A stretch of 64,000 nucleotides of DNA from Rhynchobatus australiae. Taxonomy: Eukaryota. Each line of letters begins with the position of its first letter. Position 1 is the first letter of the stretch. Location of the stretch: contig JAUZTB010000063.1 of assembly GCA_034780895.1 (NCBI GenBank), forward strand, positions 24,349,465-24,413,464, given 5' to 3'. Below, piece after piece: positions 1 through 12,075 of the stretch. A model generated the notes under the pieces. It had not been told where the DNA came from. It was given only the letters and a program-made list of their open reading frames with translations, and ran no database searches. The translations under genes and the position numbers were made by a program.

Positions 1-481
1 TTAAATCCCAAAGTTATTGTCAGTGATAGCCTTGTGGCTTACAGTCTTCAATGAAATCAAGTGAAATCCTCTGAGAAGAGTTTGTTATTTATAAGCTAAG
101 ATCTTTTAACACCTTGTGCAACAAAGTATAAGATAAAAGATTAAGCAATTCAATATATTTTTCAGAACCAGAGGAAATGTCAGAAACTAGAGTACCAGAG
201 AGGGTTGAGATCCGTGGAAAAATATTTTTTTGTACATAATGACTATGTTCTGTTTCTTGAAGCAATAAAGAATCCCATATTAAGCAATGCATTTTATATT
301 ACATTAATTGGACACCCAACTATTTGGTCATTGTTCAATAAAAATCTCCCAGGAATTTATCAAATTAATTTAATAAGGTATCTCATTGTTAATTGAAATG
401 ATGATTAAATCTAGGAACTATTAAGAAAATTTAAACTTTGAACTAAATGTTTTAATTATGGTTAACAATTTAATTTTCTAG

Positions 482-614
482 CATTATCCAATGGATTTGG
501 TAATGAGGAAAAACCAGAAAGTGCACAGATCAATCCAAATGATCATCAGCGACGTCGTTGTGCTTCAGAATCAAGTATATGCACCAGTGTCAGTGCAGTT
601 TCCAACCATGCAAG
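482..614 (+). CDS. BRD1: BRD1 (BRPF2) internal coding exon; upstream exons lie outside the window
   Basis: Acceptor ttttctag and donor AG|gtaagt. Translates (A)LSNGFGNEEKPESAQINPNDHQRRRCASESSICTSVSAVSNHA, matching the recalled BRD1 segment LTNGFG...RRRCASESSIS. Phase fits the next exon. Confidence 0.93.
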
Positions 615-2739
615 GTAAGTTTATTACTCTCTGAACCCAAAGATAATCTGTTTTTATTTTGGAGGAATAGGGGAATTACTCACTGCTAAATTTAAAGGAA
701 AATAAATTATTGTATCTCGAAGAAAAACAAGGTCTGAGGCAAAAGCCCACCTTTTTATTTGTAAGAAAGCAAAAAGAAAACCCATCTCTTAATGTACTTA
801 CAAATTGAGCCCTGAAGATTTAAATAAGGTTAATCTGTTGCCCACAGTGATATGGGAAATAGGTTTTAATTCGTGGGACATGGGATAAGGACATGGCTGT
901 TCCTTTGTGATGGATTTTACCTTAAGTAGACAAACTTTAGCCTGTTGAATTGGATGACTAGAACTGTAGATAGTTTTTTAAATGTTGGTGGAAGAAAATT
1001 TATAGATTTAAAGAAAAAGGTCAAGCTTGTAGAAATGAAGTATCAGTTTGGAAAATGGTAAACAAGTATCTGTGAACTTGAAGAATAGTTACAAATGAGA
1101 AATAGATGTCGCATATCTAAATGCATGAAATATCCTTGACAAGCAAATTAATATCACAAATGTAACTGAACTTGATCTAACACTCCTTACAGTGAAAGTA
1201 GTTTTCTCTTGCACCTATCCTGAGTTTCAGCTGATTCTGTCTGGGTTGGGTAAAACTAGTCAAGGCTTGCAAAGTAGCACAAACCAGCACTCTTGAAAAG
1301 TTTTTTCCACATGTATAAATTATGAACATTCAAATTATATGATATAAGGTGTTATGAAATTACCCAAGATTATTTAATGTAAAATACTAAATCCCTAACA
1401 ATCAACAAATTACCTTCAATTTTAAATNNNNNNNNNNAACACAAAATCATTCTAGTCCTGAGTCAGCCTGGCAATCACTAGGAGTTGGTGCAATTCCTAC
1501 CCCAGCTTCCTGCAAATTGTTAATTGTCCTGAATTCTTGCTTTATAATACAAAAGTCACACCTGTGGAAGCAGAATCCTCTTTGATTGTACCATTTTCAT
1601 GCTGATTGTCCACTGTAAATCATGACTGATGTCGAAATGTTTGTTATTTAACTATTAATGTAACAAAGATGTATTAAAGGGAAAAAAGTTTATCAGCTTT
1701 CTGAAAGATGGAGGAATCAGTTTCACTGCAATGACAGTTCTGATGTCTTTATCTTTGAGTGATAAACATCAGAGGCTTCTTATTCAATTGTAAATTTCTG
1801 GTGACGCTCCCACATTGCAGGCATCCAGTGAGGAGCTAGTGTTTTGTACAACAGTTTACTCAGGATTAATTCTCACCTTCAGCCTGTTTGAAAAGCTCAG
1901 CATGGGCACTCTGGATTCTTTGTGACATGCTGAAATAAAGTTTTGGTCAATTTTGTTTTGCTAGAAGTGTTTGATTGCAAGAAAGACATGGTTATGTGGT
2001 GGTCAAAGCTGTGAATTAAATATTTCTGCATACTTGTCTTTGAGAAAAGAACAGAACATGGAGGAGTAGAGTACCCCCCAAAAAAGAATGACATTAGGAC
2101 ACCAACAGTATATCTTGACTTGGAAGGCACATAGTGGAATTGTTTGCTGGCCTACTAATTTTATGAAATGAGATGGAATTGATTAGAAATCTTAAAACAA
2201 ATAATCATTTAAGGCANNNNNNNNNNNNNNNNNNNNNNNNNNNNNNNNNNNNNNNNNNNNNNNNNCTCATTTGCAAACTTTTCTAAAGCCCATTACTTGT
2301 GGCTCTGAGTGCGTTTTCTCTTAGCTTTCCTAATTTTTTTTTCCCAGCCTGGCAATGGTGTTTAATGACCTTTTGAGCTCAGGCCATTGCATTTCCTGAT
2401 GCTGTCCAGGTGGGGAACTGGATGCTATCTTGGACATCCTAGCTACTCAGCCCTGCCCAGCAGAGATTGCTATTGGTTCTACCTCTGCCTGCTTCTGACT
2501 AGAAGCTGCAGATGTGGCTACCATTCCAGCAGTCCATGTGTGCCAAACCAGGCTGGCAGTGCCTAGATTACCAATAGTCAAAAAGACCAATTCTGAAGCT
2601 AAGCGTTGTGAAAACCCTTGCTGGTTCCCTGGTGATTGGAAGTTAAGCAAGTGAGCATCTAAACTTTATCATCTACCTACTGATTAAGAAAAGGCAGGTA
2701 GGTAACAGTAGTCGTTCAGAATATTTGGCCCATAAATTT

Positions 2740-3850
2740 GGACTAATGGAGGAAAGCCAGCAAAAATTTGTTTCAGGCAAATTGGATTTGAAATGGGCTT
2801 TGGGAAAGAGTTGGGAACAGTTGTTTATTTAGGCTGAAGAAAAGTACATGATAGTAATCTCTCAGTGTCTACTAGGACCACTGCATTTCTTTATGAATGA
2901 TTTGGACTTGAATGTGCATAAATATGGCAACTAGAAATAATAAGATTATTTATAAATGGCAGACTTATTAATGGAAGCCCTCAAGGACATAGCGCTTCGA
3001 TTATTTGTAATCCATTTTAATGACTTGGGTGGAAGCATAGAATGTAACATAATCAAGTTTACTTGTAATGGGGTGGGGAAATAAGTTCTGATAGGGACAT
3101 AAAGCATCTTCAAAGGGATATAGCCAAGTTCAGCAACCAGCTAGAAAGTGGCAGATGAAACATGGATGTGAGGAAAATTAGGAACTTCATTTGAGTAATA
3201 GAAAACATTTAAATGATGAAAACCTTGTAAGCATTGGTACACAAAGGGATCTAGGTGTGCCAGTTCCCAAAATAACATAAATAGACATTCAGTTACAGCA
3301 GTCGTCCTGCAGCTGCACATGCATTTAGTGAGAACACACTTAGAATAGAATTTGCACTTTTAACCTTTGTGTACCTAATGGAAAAAATACTTGCTGTGGT
3401 GGTAGTGCAGTGTAGATTCAAAAGGTTGATTCTTGTGATTAAAATACTGTTTGAAAAGAGATCAAATAGAATTGGACTATATTGGAGTTTGGAAGTATGA
3501 GCAATGATATTAAAATATTTCGATTCTGGAAGATTGGCAAGGGAGATGCTGAGTGTGTTATTGCGCTGGCTGTAGAGTCCAGATCCAGGGCATTGTCTTG
3601 GGTAAAGGGTCTGCCATTTAAAAATGAGATTTTTTTTCAAATATTTGGCATTTTCCATCCAGTTTCTATCTTGGAGGGTATGATAAGATGCCCAGTCATC
3701 GGGTTTGCTCTAGACTGAGATTATTCAACTTTTTGGGCAGTAAGGGTATTGAGGAATATGCAACTCGAACAGGAAAGTGCATGATGTAGAGGATCAGTTG
3801 TGATCTTGTTTGGCAGTCATGCTCAAGGGCTCACGTTGCTGTAACTTATG
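2740..3850 (+). mobile_element. Decayed CR1-clade LINE fragments in a BRD1 intron
   Basis: Remnants of CR1 ORF2 motifs (aaagggatctaggtgtg = RDLGV; caaagggatatag...gcagatgaaa) and a CR1-like 3' region. Confidence 0.65.
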
Positions 3851-4459
3851 AACCCTGAAAATAATTTCCAATTTAGTTCTCACTAATATTAAGCAGATTA
3901 ACCTTTCCTCAACAACTGTGACCTTAAATTTGAGCTGCAGTATGATTCATTGCATATTATAAAATAAATGCTGTTTTAAATGTATTATTTCACTTGCCAG
4001 AACCAAAGTTCTGGATATTATTATTTGTTGTATTAAATATTACAGTGGATTAAATTGGGTTGCAGTTTTCATTTACTTTAATAAATGCGTGACTGCGACT
4101 TTGAATCTCAGTCCTGTCTTTAAGAGCCAAAATGTTTACATGTATTAGAATAATATTGGATAAAAATTTCTAATTTTCATTGGCAGTAGGAGACTGGCAA
4201 TGTGTACAGCTTATGTCGAGTATTTGTACTCTTGTGTAATATCTCCTCTAAAATTATGTCTGTTTTCAGTAAAATAGTGCAGCAGTGATTATATTTGAGT
4301 CATTGCTGATAGGGTTCTCTGCATATAGCTATATATATATTATAAGTTAAACACTTCAGGATTTAAAAGTATTGACGTTTGCTTCTTGCAGTTTTACATT
4401 GTTTAATACTTATGGTATAGTAAATTCACATTTTAAAATAATTATTATTTTTCTGTCAG

Positions 4460-4590
4460 CACAATAAGTCTTCCTAAGTGTGGAAAGGGAAAGCCGGCAC
4501 TAGCTCGAAGAAACCCCTTGGAGGACAGAAATGAATTGATTGCTTGTATTGAAAATGGCAACTTTGCCAAAGCAGCTAGAATTGCAGCAG
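4460..4590 (+). CDS. BRD1: BRD1 coding exon preceding the PWWP domain
   Basis: ttctgtcag|...|gtaatt. Translates STISLPKCGKGKPALARRNPLEDRNELIACIENGNFAKAARIAA, matching BRD1 PKCGRGKPALVRRHTLEDRSELISCIENGNYAKAARIAA. 131 nt, in frame. Confidence 0.96.
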
Positions 4591-5280
4591 GTAATTGGTT
4601 CTATAGCATTGCAGCAGATCAATCTTCATTTTAAAACTATTTGGACTTATTTTGACTTTATTTGGACTTTAAATACTTTGCTTAATTTTATCTTTTATTT
4701 TCTGTGTTGATGGCATCTAGATAATGTAAAGGTGCTAATATTTATGGGTGTATTTATGGGAGTTTTGAATACATTTGTAACTATTCTATTGTATACTGGA
4801 ATTTAGATTCTCATAGTAAGAGTAACTGTATTTTCACAATCATAAAATACTAGCCATATTCTAAATATTTTTTGCTTGAATGATTACAGTAATTATAAAT
4901 GGGTACTTGCTCTCCCAGACCTTCAAGTTCTTACAAATTAAAATCAATTTGCCATATCAGTCACAACTTTATTTAAATTTAACAACTATTTAGTTGAAAA
5001 GCTAGTCTCATCCAATGAACCTGTTCTTTTTGAAGGTTCCAAATTGATGGTGAAAATCAGAATTATTCTACTCTATCGTATTTCTGCCTGCTTTTTCTTG
5101 GAAAGATCCAATTAATTCCAGTTTTCTAAATGTGAAAGAACAGAAAAGGGATTTTTTTTTGAGGCTTTAGCTGGCATTTGATTTTAATTTCTTGGATTGT
5201 TGAATTTTGTGTGATGGTTATGCAAACCATGTTTTTGTTGATGCAAAAATTATTTATTACAACATATCTTTCTGTTCTAG

Positions 5281-5387
5281 AAGTTGGCCAAAATAGTATG
5301 TGGACTTCTACAGATTCCAGTTCTGCTTTGGAGCCCTTAAAGTTAATTTGGGCAAAATGCAGTGGTTATCCATCATATCCAGCCTTG
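5281..5387 (+). CDS. BRD1: BRD1 exon, start of PWWP domain
   Basis: tgttctag|...|gtgagt. Translates EVGQNSMWTSTDSSSALEPLKLIWAKCSGYPSYPAL; YPSYP is the BRPF-family PWWP signature. Confidence 0.97.
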
Positions 5388-6475
5388 GTGAGTTAAACTG
5401 CATTGAATACTTCATTGTGGTGAAAAAAACAGAATTAATTCACAAGTTGCTTTAGTTTATTTCAATGATGGTATCATAGCCTGCCGAGTAATGATTCTAA
5501 ATCAGCATGCCCAAATAGTGGGAAATGGGTTTGGCATATGTTTCTTTCAAACACAATATACCTTGGTCTCCCAAACACAAAGGTAATTAAGTGGATGCCT
5601 GATATTCTTCATCTATAAATATTAGGGGTATTTAATAATGGAACATATAGGCTTGGCTTCTATGTTACTTAATTTTTCACCTTTTCAAAATTGGGCCGAG
5701 AATAATACCATAGGAAAATCAATAGCAATTTTAGTAAAACAGATTGGTGATTAATTTAAGCATTAAATCACAGGTGTTAGTGATAGATCTAAAAATAATA
5801 TAATTTGATACATTTACCTTTAATCTCAGCTGTGTCATTTGCTTAATGGGGAACAAATTAGAATTATGCAACAACTACTAAATTGAGCTTTATGAATGGT
5901 ATGAAAGTTCAAAGAGCTATTGTAAGTATTTCAATAAAATATTAACTTCACTGTGAAGTTTATTGGGACATGGCTTTACAGAGAAATTTTACTCTTGCAA
6001 TATATTAAATTTCAAGAAGCTGTTCGGAACAGTGACCTGAAATATTTGAAATTAGAAACACTTATATTAGACAGCACATATATTCTGTCTAGTATATTAT
6101 GGGTTTTGATCTGTGTGCATTGTTTTTAGTGTAACTGAAGAATTCCAGTTCTTAACAAAGGTTACTTCATGAAGCACATTGTAATACAAAGAGCAGTTTG
6201 GCACAAAAATGATATTTCTGCTTGACCAAGAAAATGGGCTACAAAATTTTTCAACAAATTTCAAGACTGCAGCCAATGTTAATTCCAGTTGCATTATTAA
6301 AAGGACTAGATTAAACATATAATGCTCAGCATTCTTAGGCTTTGTTCCAGAATTAAGGTTCCAAATGTTTCTTCTCTAAAGTTTTGATTTATAATATCAA
6401 TTCATGGTGTTTTTGAAATTTTTTTTATAATAAGCACTTTGGTGGGGTAAAATAATGTTTGCCTTGTTGAATTAG

Positions 6476-6630
6476 GTAATTGATCCAAAGATGCCTCGAA
6501 GTGGTTTTCGCCACAATGGAGTGCCTATACCTGTGCCCCCTCTAGATGTACTGAAAGTGGGAGAGCAAATGCAAAGGAGAGCTGGAGAGAAACTTTATCT
6601 TGTTCTGTTCTTCGACAACAAACGAAGTTG
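6476..6630 (+). CDS. BRD1: BRD1 exon, PWWP domain middle
   Basis: attag|...|gtaagt. Translates [51 protein letters not shown](W). Confidence 0.97.
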
Positions 6631-8217
6631 GTAAGTGTATTGCCAATGAAATTTTTGTAACAAGATATAACATGCTTTCATGATCTTGGGAAATTCCAAT
6701 CAAGTCCTTTGATTCAAAAAAAACCACATGACTTTTTGCAAACCAGTGATTTTGAGTGAGAGTTAAATACTGACCAAGGCATTTAAGCTTGATTGGAATT
6801 GGGGACAGAGTTGTCCTTGATTTATCATCTTATCTGAAAGATAATACTGCAGAACTGAGGAAGTTCTACACTTAATTGTTCCTCAATTCGTGAAGTGGGA
6901 TTTGAGCTCAGTGTCTTAACTCTAGCCAGAATGTTGCTGATAGAACTATTGAAATACGAGTAAGTTTGAAGTTGTACAGAAAAGAACAAAAACCCTGGAT
7001 AAAAAAGTAGATGTTTGGAAACTAAACTTTTTTTTGTTGTTGAAATGTGGCATAATATCATACAAAACTTTAAATTGTAATGATTCACTAGCAAGTAAAA
7101 CTTCCAAANNNNNNNNNNNNNNNNNNNNNNNNNNNNNNNNNNNNNNNNNNNNNNNNNNNNNNNNNNNNNNNNNNNNNNNNNNNNNNNNNNNNNNNNNNNN
7201 NNNNNNNNAGTTGAGAAATTTGAAGCTGTGTGGCTTTTTGCATTCTGTGTAGGGCCTTTGTTATTCGTGTTTAGTACCTGTAGTAAAATACTTTTGAGTA
7301 GCCAACCATTATTCTTTTAAAATTCATTTGATTAATACTAAACTATGAATTTTAATGTCAGTTAACTATACTTGAAGTGTAATTCACTAACCAGTAATTT
7401 ACCAACCAATAATTGATCATCTGACTTATTTCCGATACTCTGCTTAAGCTGCTGGAAGTCCTGCTGTGCAGTTTATGTACCTACCAATGTTAGTAGGGGA
7501 TAAACTTTTGCCCAGGACGATGATATAGGCCAATCTCTAAACTAAGAAATCCTTTTGGGTGTTAGCTTTTTTCTGTAAATGACTCATCCTGAATTTTTTT
7601 TAAATAGTTTCTATTTAATTTCCACAATAGCTTAAACTAATTTAATAGAAAAATTTTGTAACAGTTTGAAAATATGAGTGCAGTGTTATTTCTTGAAAGT
7701 CAATCCCAAAACATTGTTTCTGTAACTTTTCCTTTGAAGTTTTGTATTTGCTCTTCAGTAACAATCATAAATTATTACCACTTGAAAATATTTAAACTGT
7801 GGTCAGTTTCTAAGATTAGTGTGTATATTATCTTGTAAAATAGCAGTTATGCCGCGTGGGTAGATAAACAACTAGAAATTGTTTATATTGTTTCATCATT
7901 CTTTGAAAACTACATGCCATTACATCTTATAAAGGGGTTCTCTGCACACTAATCTCTCTCCTTACTCTGTGTTATGATCATGGTAACAGGTACAAGAATG
8001 AGGAGCTATAAAGCAAAACAGTCAAAAGTATTGGGGCAGATCTTTAACTGACCAGTAAGCCATCTCTAAGGTTGTTGGCAGCCTGACTTTGGGTCATGTT
8101 GTTCAGTATGCTCTGAGGACAGGCTGTTAATTAGCATGGAATAAGGCTTCACCAATTATTAATTCACATTACCATTTGGCAATTTTTGAACTTTAGCAGC
8201 CCAAAATGTACAGGTTT

Positions 8218-8625
8218 ATAGTGATGCAGCTAGTAAAGCTGCTGCCTCACAGCTGCAGTGTCCCAGGTTCAATCCTGACCTTTGACTGTATTGAGTTTGC
8301 ATATTCTCTCTGTGGATTGGATTTCCCTGGATTTCCAAATCCCAAGGATGTGTAGGTTGGTAAATTATTTGGCTATTGTAAATGATTCCAAGTGTGTNNN
8401 NNNNNNNNNNNNNNNNNNNNNNNNNNNNNNNNNNNNNNNNNNNNNNNNNNNNNNNNNNNNNNNNNNNNNNNNNNNNNNNNNNNNNNNNNNNNNNNNNTAG
8501 GTAAATGATAGAATGGGAGGAATTGATTGGAATGTGGGGAAAATTAAAATAAAAAGGCATCATTATAAATGAATACATGATGGTTGTCATGAACTTAGTG
8601 GAATGAAGAGTCTGTAATGTTGTAT
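8218..8625 (+). mobile_element. HE1-like V-SINE (tRNA-derived), interrupted by an N gap
   Basis: Head gctgcctcacagc...ccaggttcaatcc with a B-box-like motif, V-domain gagtttgcatattctc...cccaa, and a CR1-like tail. Confidence 0.75.
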
Positions 8626-9289
8626 CATGTTTGCTTACGCCTGTTTAAAGAGAAATGGTATAGGAAAAGTTAATCAACCCACTGAGCATACCAGCTTCAT
8701 TTCTAAGATTGACTTTTGACAACTGGCAACTTGTATTTATAATAAGGATCAGAGGCAAAAGGAGATAAATGTGCATTTCCTATGAAGACAGCTTCTCAAT
8801 TTAGAAGACAGGGAAAGAGATCAAGAGTGGGAGGTAACCTAGAGTACATAATTAGGAAGAAGGGTCCAGCATTTAGTTAAGTGGCCATTTAACTTCCCAA
8901 TTCTTAGTGACATTGCTGGGAAGCTTGGGTGCTGTTAAGTGAGCGCCAGTTGCTGCTGCGTAACATTGGCAGTTAACTTTATCACCATTTACAGATTTGT
9001 ATGGTTCAGTTCAAAATGGCGCCAAGTTCCTTCCAATATGCCCCAGGTCATCTGGTTGCTGGATTAGGTTAGTCCTGGTGCAAGTTTGGATGGGACCAAT
9101 GAACTTGTTTCTGAGCCAGGAAATCTGCAGAAGTGAGAGCTACTACTTTGGACTTTGTGAGCAGCACAAGTCCAGCAGCACCAGGATTTAACTGTGGTGG
9201 GAAGATGGCTGATTGATGCAAATTCAGTGGCATTTCAGCAAAAGGTTTTCATCTTTGGAGGATTATAATTTCTTAATATCCCTTTTGTA

Positions 9290-9358
9290 GGGACATGTTC
9301 GGCACAGCTTTGTGGACCGAAGGGCCTGAATTGTGCTGTAGTTTTTCTATGTTTCTAT
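9290..9358 (+). mobile_element. Short CR1 3'-terminus
   Basis: ggaccgaagggcctg...tgtgctgtag followed by a tctatgtttctat tail, the same end as the other CR1 copies here. Confidence 0.65.
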
Positions 9359-9644
9359 CTCTGTTAATTCCCGTTGATAATTTTGTATGTAGAGAATTTG
9401 ATTGGGGGAAAAAAAATGTTCAAGTTTAGCTGGGTTACTCTTGCGCTTTGTCAAAAAGCCAGTTGAGACAGGAAGATGGACTGTTTAGGTTTTTGCAAGA
9501 ATCTTGACAGCTTTGTGGTAATAGTTTAAAAATAATATTAGCCTTCTATTTCTAGATTTTTGAAACTCAGTTCAAAATGATATAGTGGAATTTGAACATT
9601 TTTCTGGACAATGCAGAGAACACAACCGCATTGTTAGGAACTGT

Positions 9645-9840
9645 GTAAAATATGAAAAATTGCTAGAAGTACTCAGTAAGTCAAGGAAATTTGTGGAGAG
9701 CAAAACAAAGTTAAAATTCTGGTTAATGATCTTTTATAACCTGGTCTGAGGAAAATACTTTGTGCATTTAAGTGATTCTCTCTCCTCAGTTGCTGTCTGA
9801 CCTACTGAGCATTTCTAGTATCTACAGTATTTTGCTTTGA
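9645..9840. mobile_element. Palindromic MITE-like element (family also at about 18165, 21660, 25050, 43955 and 61470)
   Basis: Inverted arms: tgctagaagtactcagtaagtca ... tgacctactgagcatttctagta. Confidence 0.7.
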
Positions 9841-10283
9841 GGTTTTTTGGAGCTTTAAGATTATAACATTTTTGGCGAAGAGAAAATTAAGAAAAATACT
9901 GCATTTGAATAACCCAATTAAAATATTGTTAGATATTTATTAACTGTAACTTGTTTATAAGATAGTAATTTTGACATATTGTCCAATACCTAGATTAAAT
10001 TTCAGTTTTCTTTAAACTACCTAAAATTCTACTTTTTTAATGCTGAAATTTGAAAATGAAATTTGACGTATGTGAATATATTTTGATGTTTTGATTTTGT
10101 TCTTAAAATCAGTTTTGTGATGATTATCCTAAATATTTCAGTTTGATCATCATTGTAGAATTATCCCTGACCACAAACAAAATGAACGTATAGCAACTTT
10201 GGAACATTGAAAGTGTTTTGCTACCAAAAATAATACTTATAGTTTGTTTGTTAACCATAATTTTTTTTTTAAATCCTCAATAG

Positions 10284-10467
10284 GCAGTGGCTTCCAAAAT
10301 CCAAAATAGTTCCTCTTGGTATTGATGAAACCATAGATAAAATAAAAATGATGGAAGGTCGAACTTCTTCCATTCGGAAATCTGTCCGCATTGCTTTTGA
10401 CCGAGCAATGATCCATCAAAGCAGGGTCCAAGGTGAACAAACAAGTGACTTTAGTGACATTGATTGA
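10284..10467 (+). CDS. BRD1: BRD1 terminal coding exon (end of PWWP domain and stop codon)
   Basis: Poly-T tract followed by caatag| acceptor. Translates (W)[60 protein letters not shown] then TGA. The SDID C-terminus is characteristic of BRD1. Confidence 0.97.
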
Positions 10468-12075
10468 AAATGTGTCAGTCTTGAGAGATGCACCCATCGG
10501 TTGAAGTTAAAACCAAGAAAGCTTTGCAAAACCATTTCACAGAAAGAATGTACTTTCCACTTTTGTCTCAATCATTGTTCCAGTAGTTGTGCTTGTAAAA
10601 ATAATGGCACCTACTGATTCACTGCCAGCTGTAATAATGTTTTTCATACATAATTTTCTTTTGTGTAAACAACATTCAAACTTTCCATTATAATATTTCA
10701 AAAGGATTAACTTGTTCATAGTGTTTATAAGTCATGGCAAAAAGCTGTAAATACATGTATATTGCTTTACACCGTAAATTATTCTGTTAGTCAAAATTGG
10801 TTGCCATCTGTTCTGGTACTTTGTTGTTTTTATATATAATCTAAATGTTCTGTAACTTATTAAATAGAAAGAAAGCTGTTCATGTTACCAAGTGCCATGC
10901 AGCAGGTAATTTTGGTGCAGAGTATACTGAAAAAGTTAATGAACAAAATCAAGATAACTAAATGGTGTGCAATAGAGCAGTAAAATGAGCTTTTTATATT
11001 TCTCTTACCAAAAGAAGCTTTGATTCTCAAGTTTATCTTGGGTTGGTTTGTGCTTCACAATAATATTAAAAAAAAATCAAACATGCTTGTTTATTGGAAT
11101 ACAGTTTCCTTAGTTTACCTCTGTCACTCTAAGTTTTAATGAAAAAATATTTTGGATAAATTTCCTTAAAACAATATTAACTGGTGCTCATTACAATTTG
11201 TAGCCCATCAAAGTATGTGGGTAAAAAAAGGTGTCCTTATTTTAACCACAAGCTAAATCCCTTAACTTTTGGATTTATGAAAAACATCAACATTTCCATT
11301 AGGAAATCAAAACCCTTTTTCCTATTTAATCAGTTTAGAGAACCAAAACAGTGAATAAAATCGTACTGTACATGGATTACTTTAAAGCTTGCATTCTATT
11401 ACTATGCTGATTTTTTAAAAATGTTTTCATTTTTCTACCTGTTCATTTGGCTAAGTCTCACCCTTGAACAATATTAAATGAACATCTTGTTTCTGTCTTG
11501 CTGCTTTAGGTTGATTCAACTCATGGTGCTGAATAAGACGATTAACCAAAATGTAGCATAATCCTAAATAGCATTTGAAATAATATTTGGTGAAAGTATA
11601 TTGTTTGGGAAACTGGGATACTGATTTGATTTTTGCATACTTATGAAATGCAATATTAAAAAAATAAGATTGTCATTTACTGCCTGGAATACCTGAAATG
11701 CAGGAGTGCTTGTTGTACTAAGTGGTTTTGTAGCCTGTGTATAATTGTATATGAATTCACTTCAAACTTGTAACTTTTTTACTTTGTTGGGAGGGGTGTT
11801 TTAATATTACATTTCTTTTCTGCTGTGATTTACTATGGGACCTGTACACAATTTTTTAAAAACAATTTTGTGCCTGCATTTGTTTCTTAATTTATTGTAG
11901 AAAGTGTACAGATTTGCTTTGTAGTAACTTTTATAAGCAACTGAACTGGTTTGAAACTGAAATTTGTAAAGTGTTAAAACAATAGAACAAATGTTTGGTT
12001 GACCACAGGCACATCAGTTTAAAACTGTACTTTGGGAAGGAATAAATGTGATGCAATCTGTTTGTTGCATGTTCC
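10468..12075 (+). other. BRD1: Probable BRD1 3' UTR
   Basis: U-rich and without recognisable repeats, with many TGTA motifs and a TGTAAATA (Pumilio-type) site at 10746. AATAAA occurs at 11354 and 12041. Confidence 0.65.
12041..12046 (+). terminator. Candidate distal polyadenylation signal of BRD1
   Basis: AATAAA preceded by several TGTA elements and followed by GU/U-rich sequence (tttgttgcatgtt, tttttgtgcg). Confidence 0.6.

Noticed and set aside
5360-5387. Non-canonical PWWP motif (YPSYP) in BRD1
   Set aside because: This is normal for the BRPF1/BRD1/BRPF3 family.
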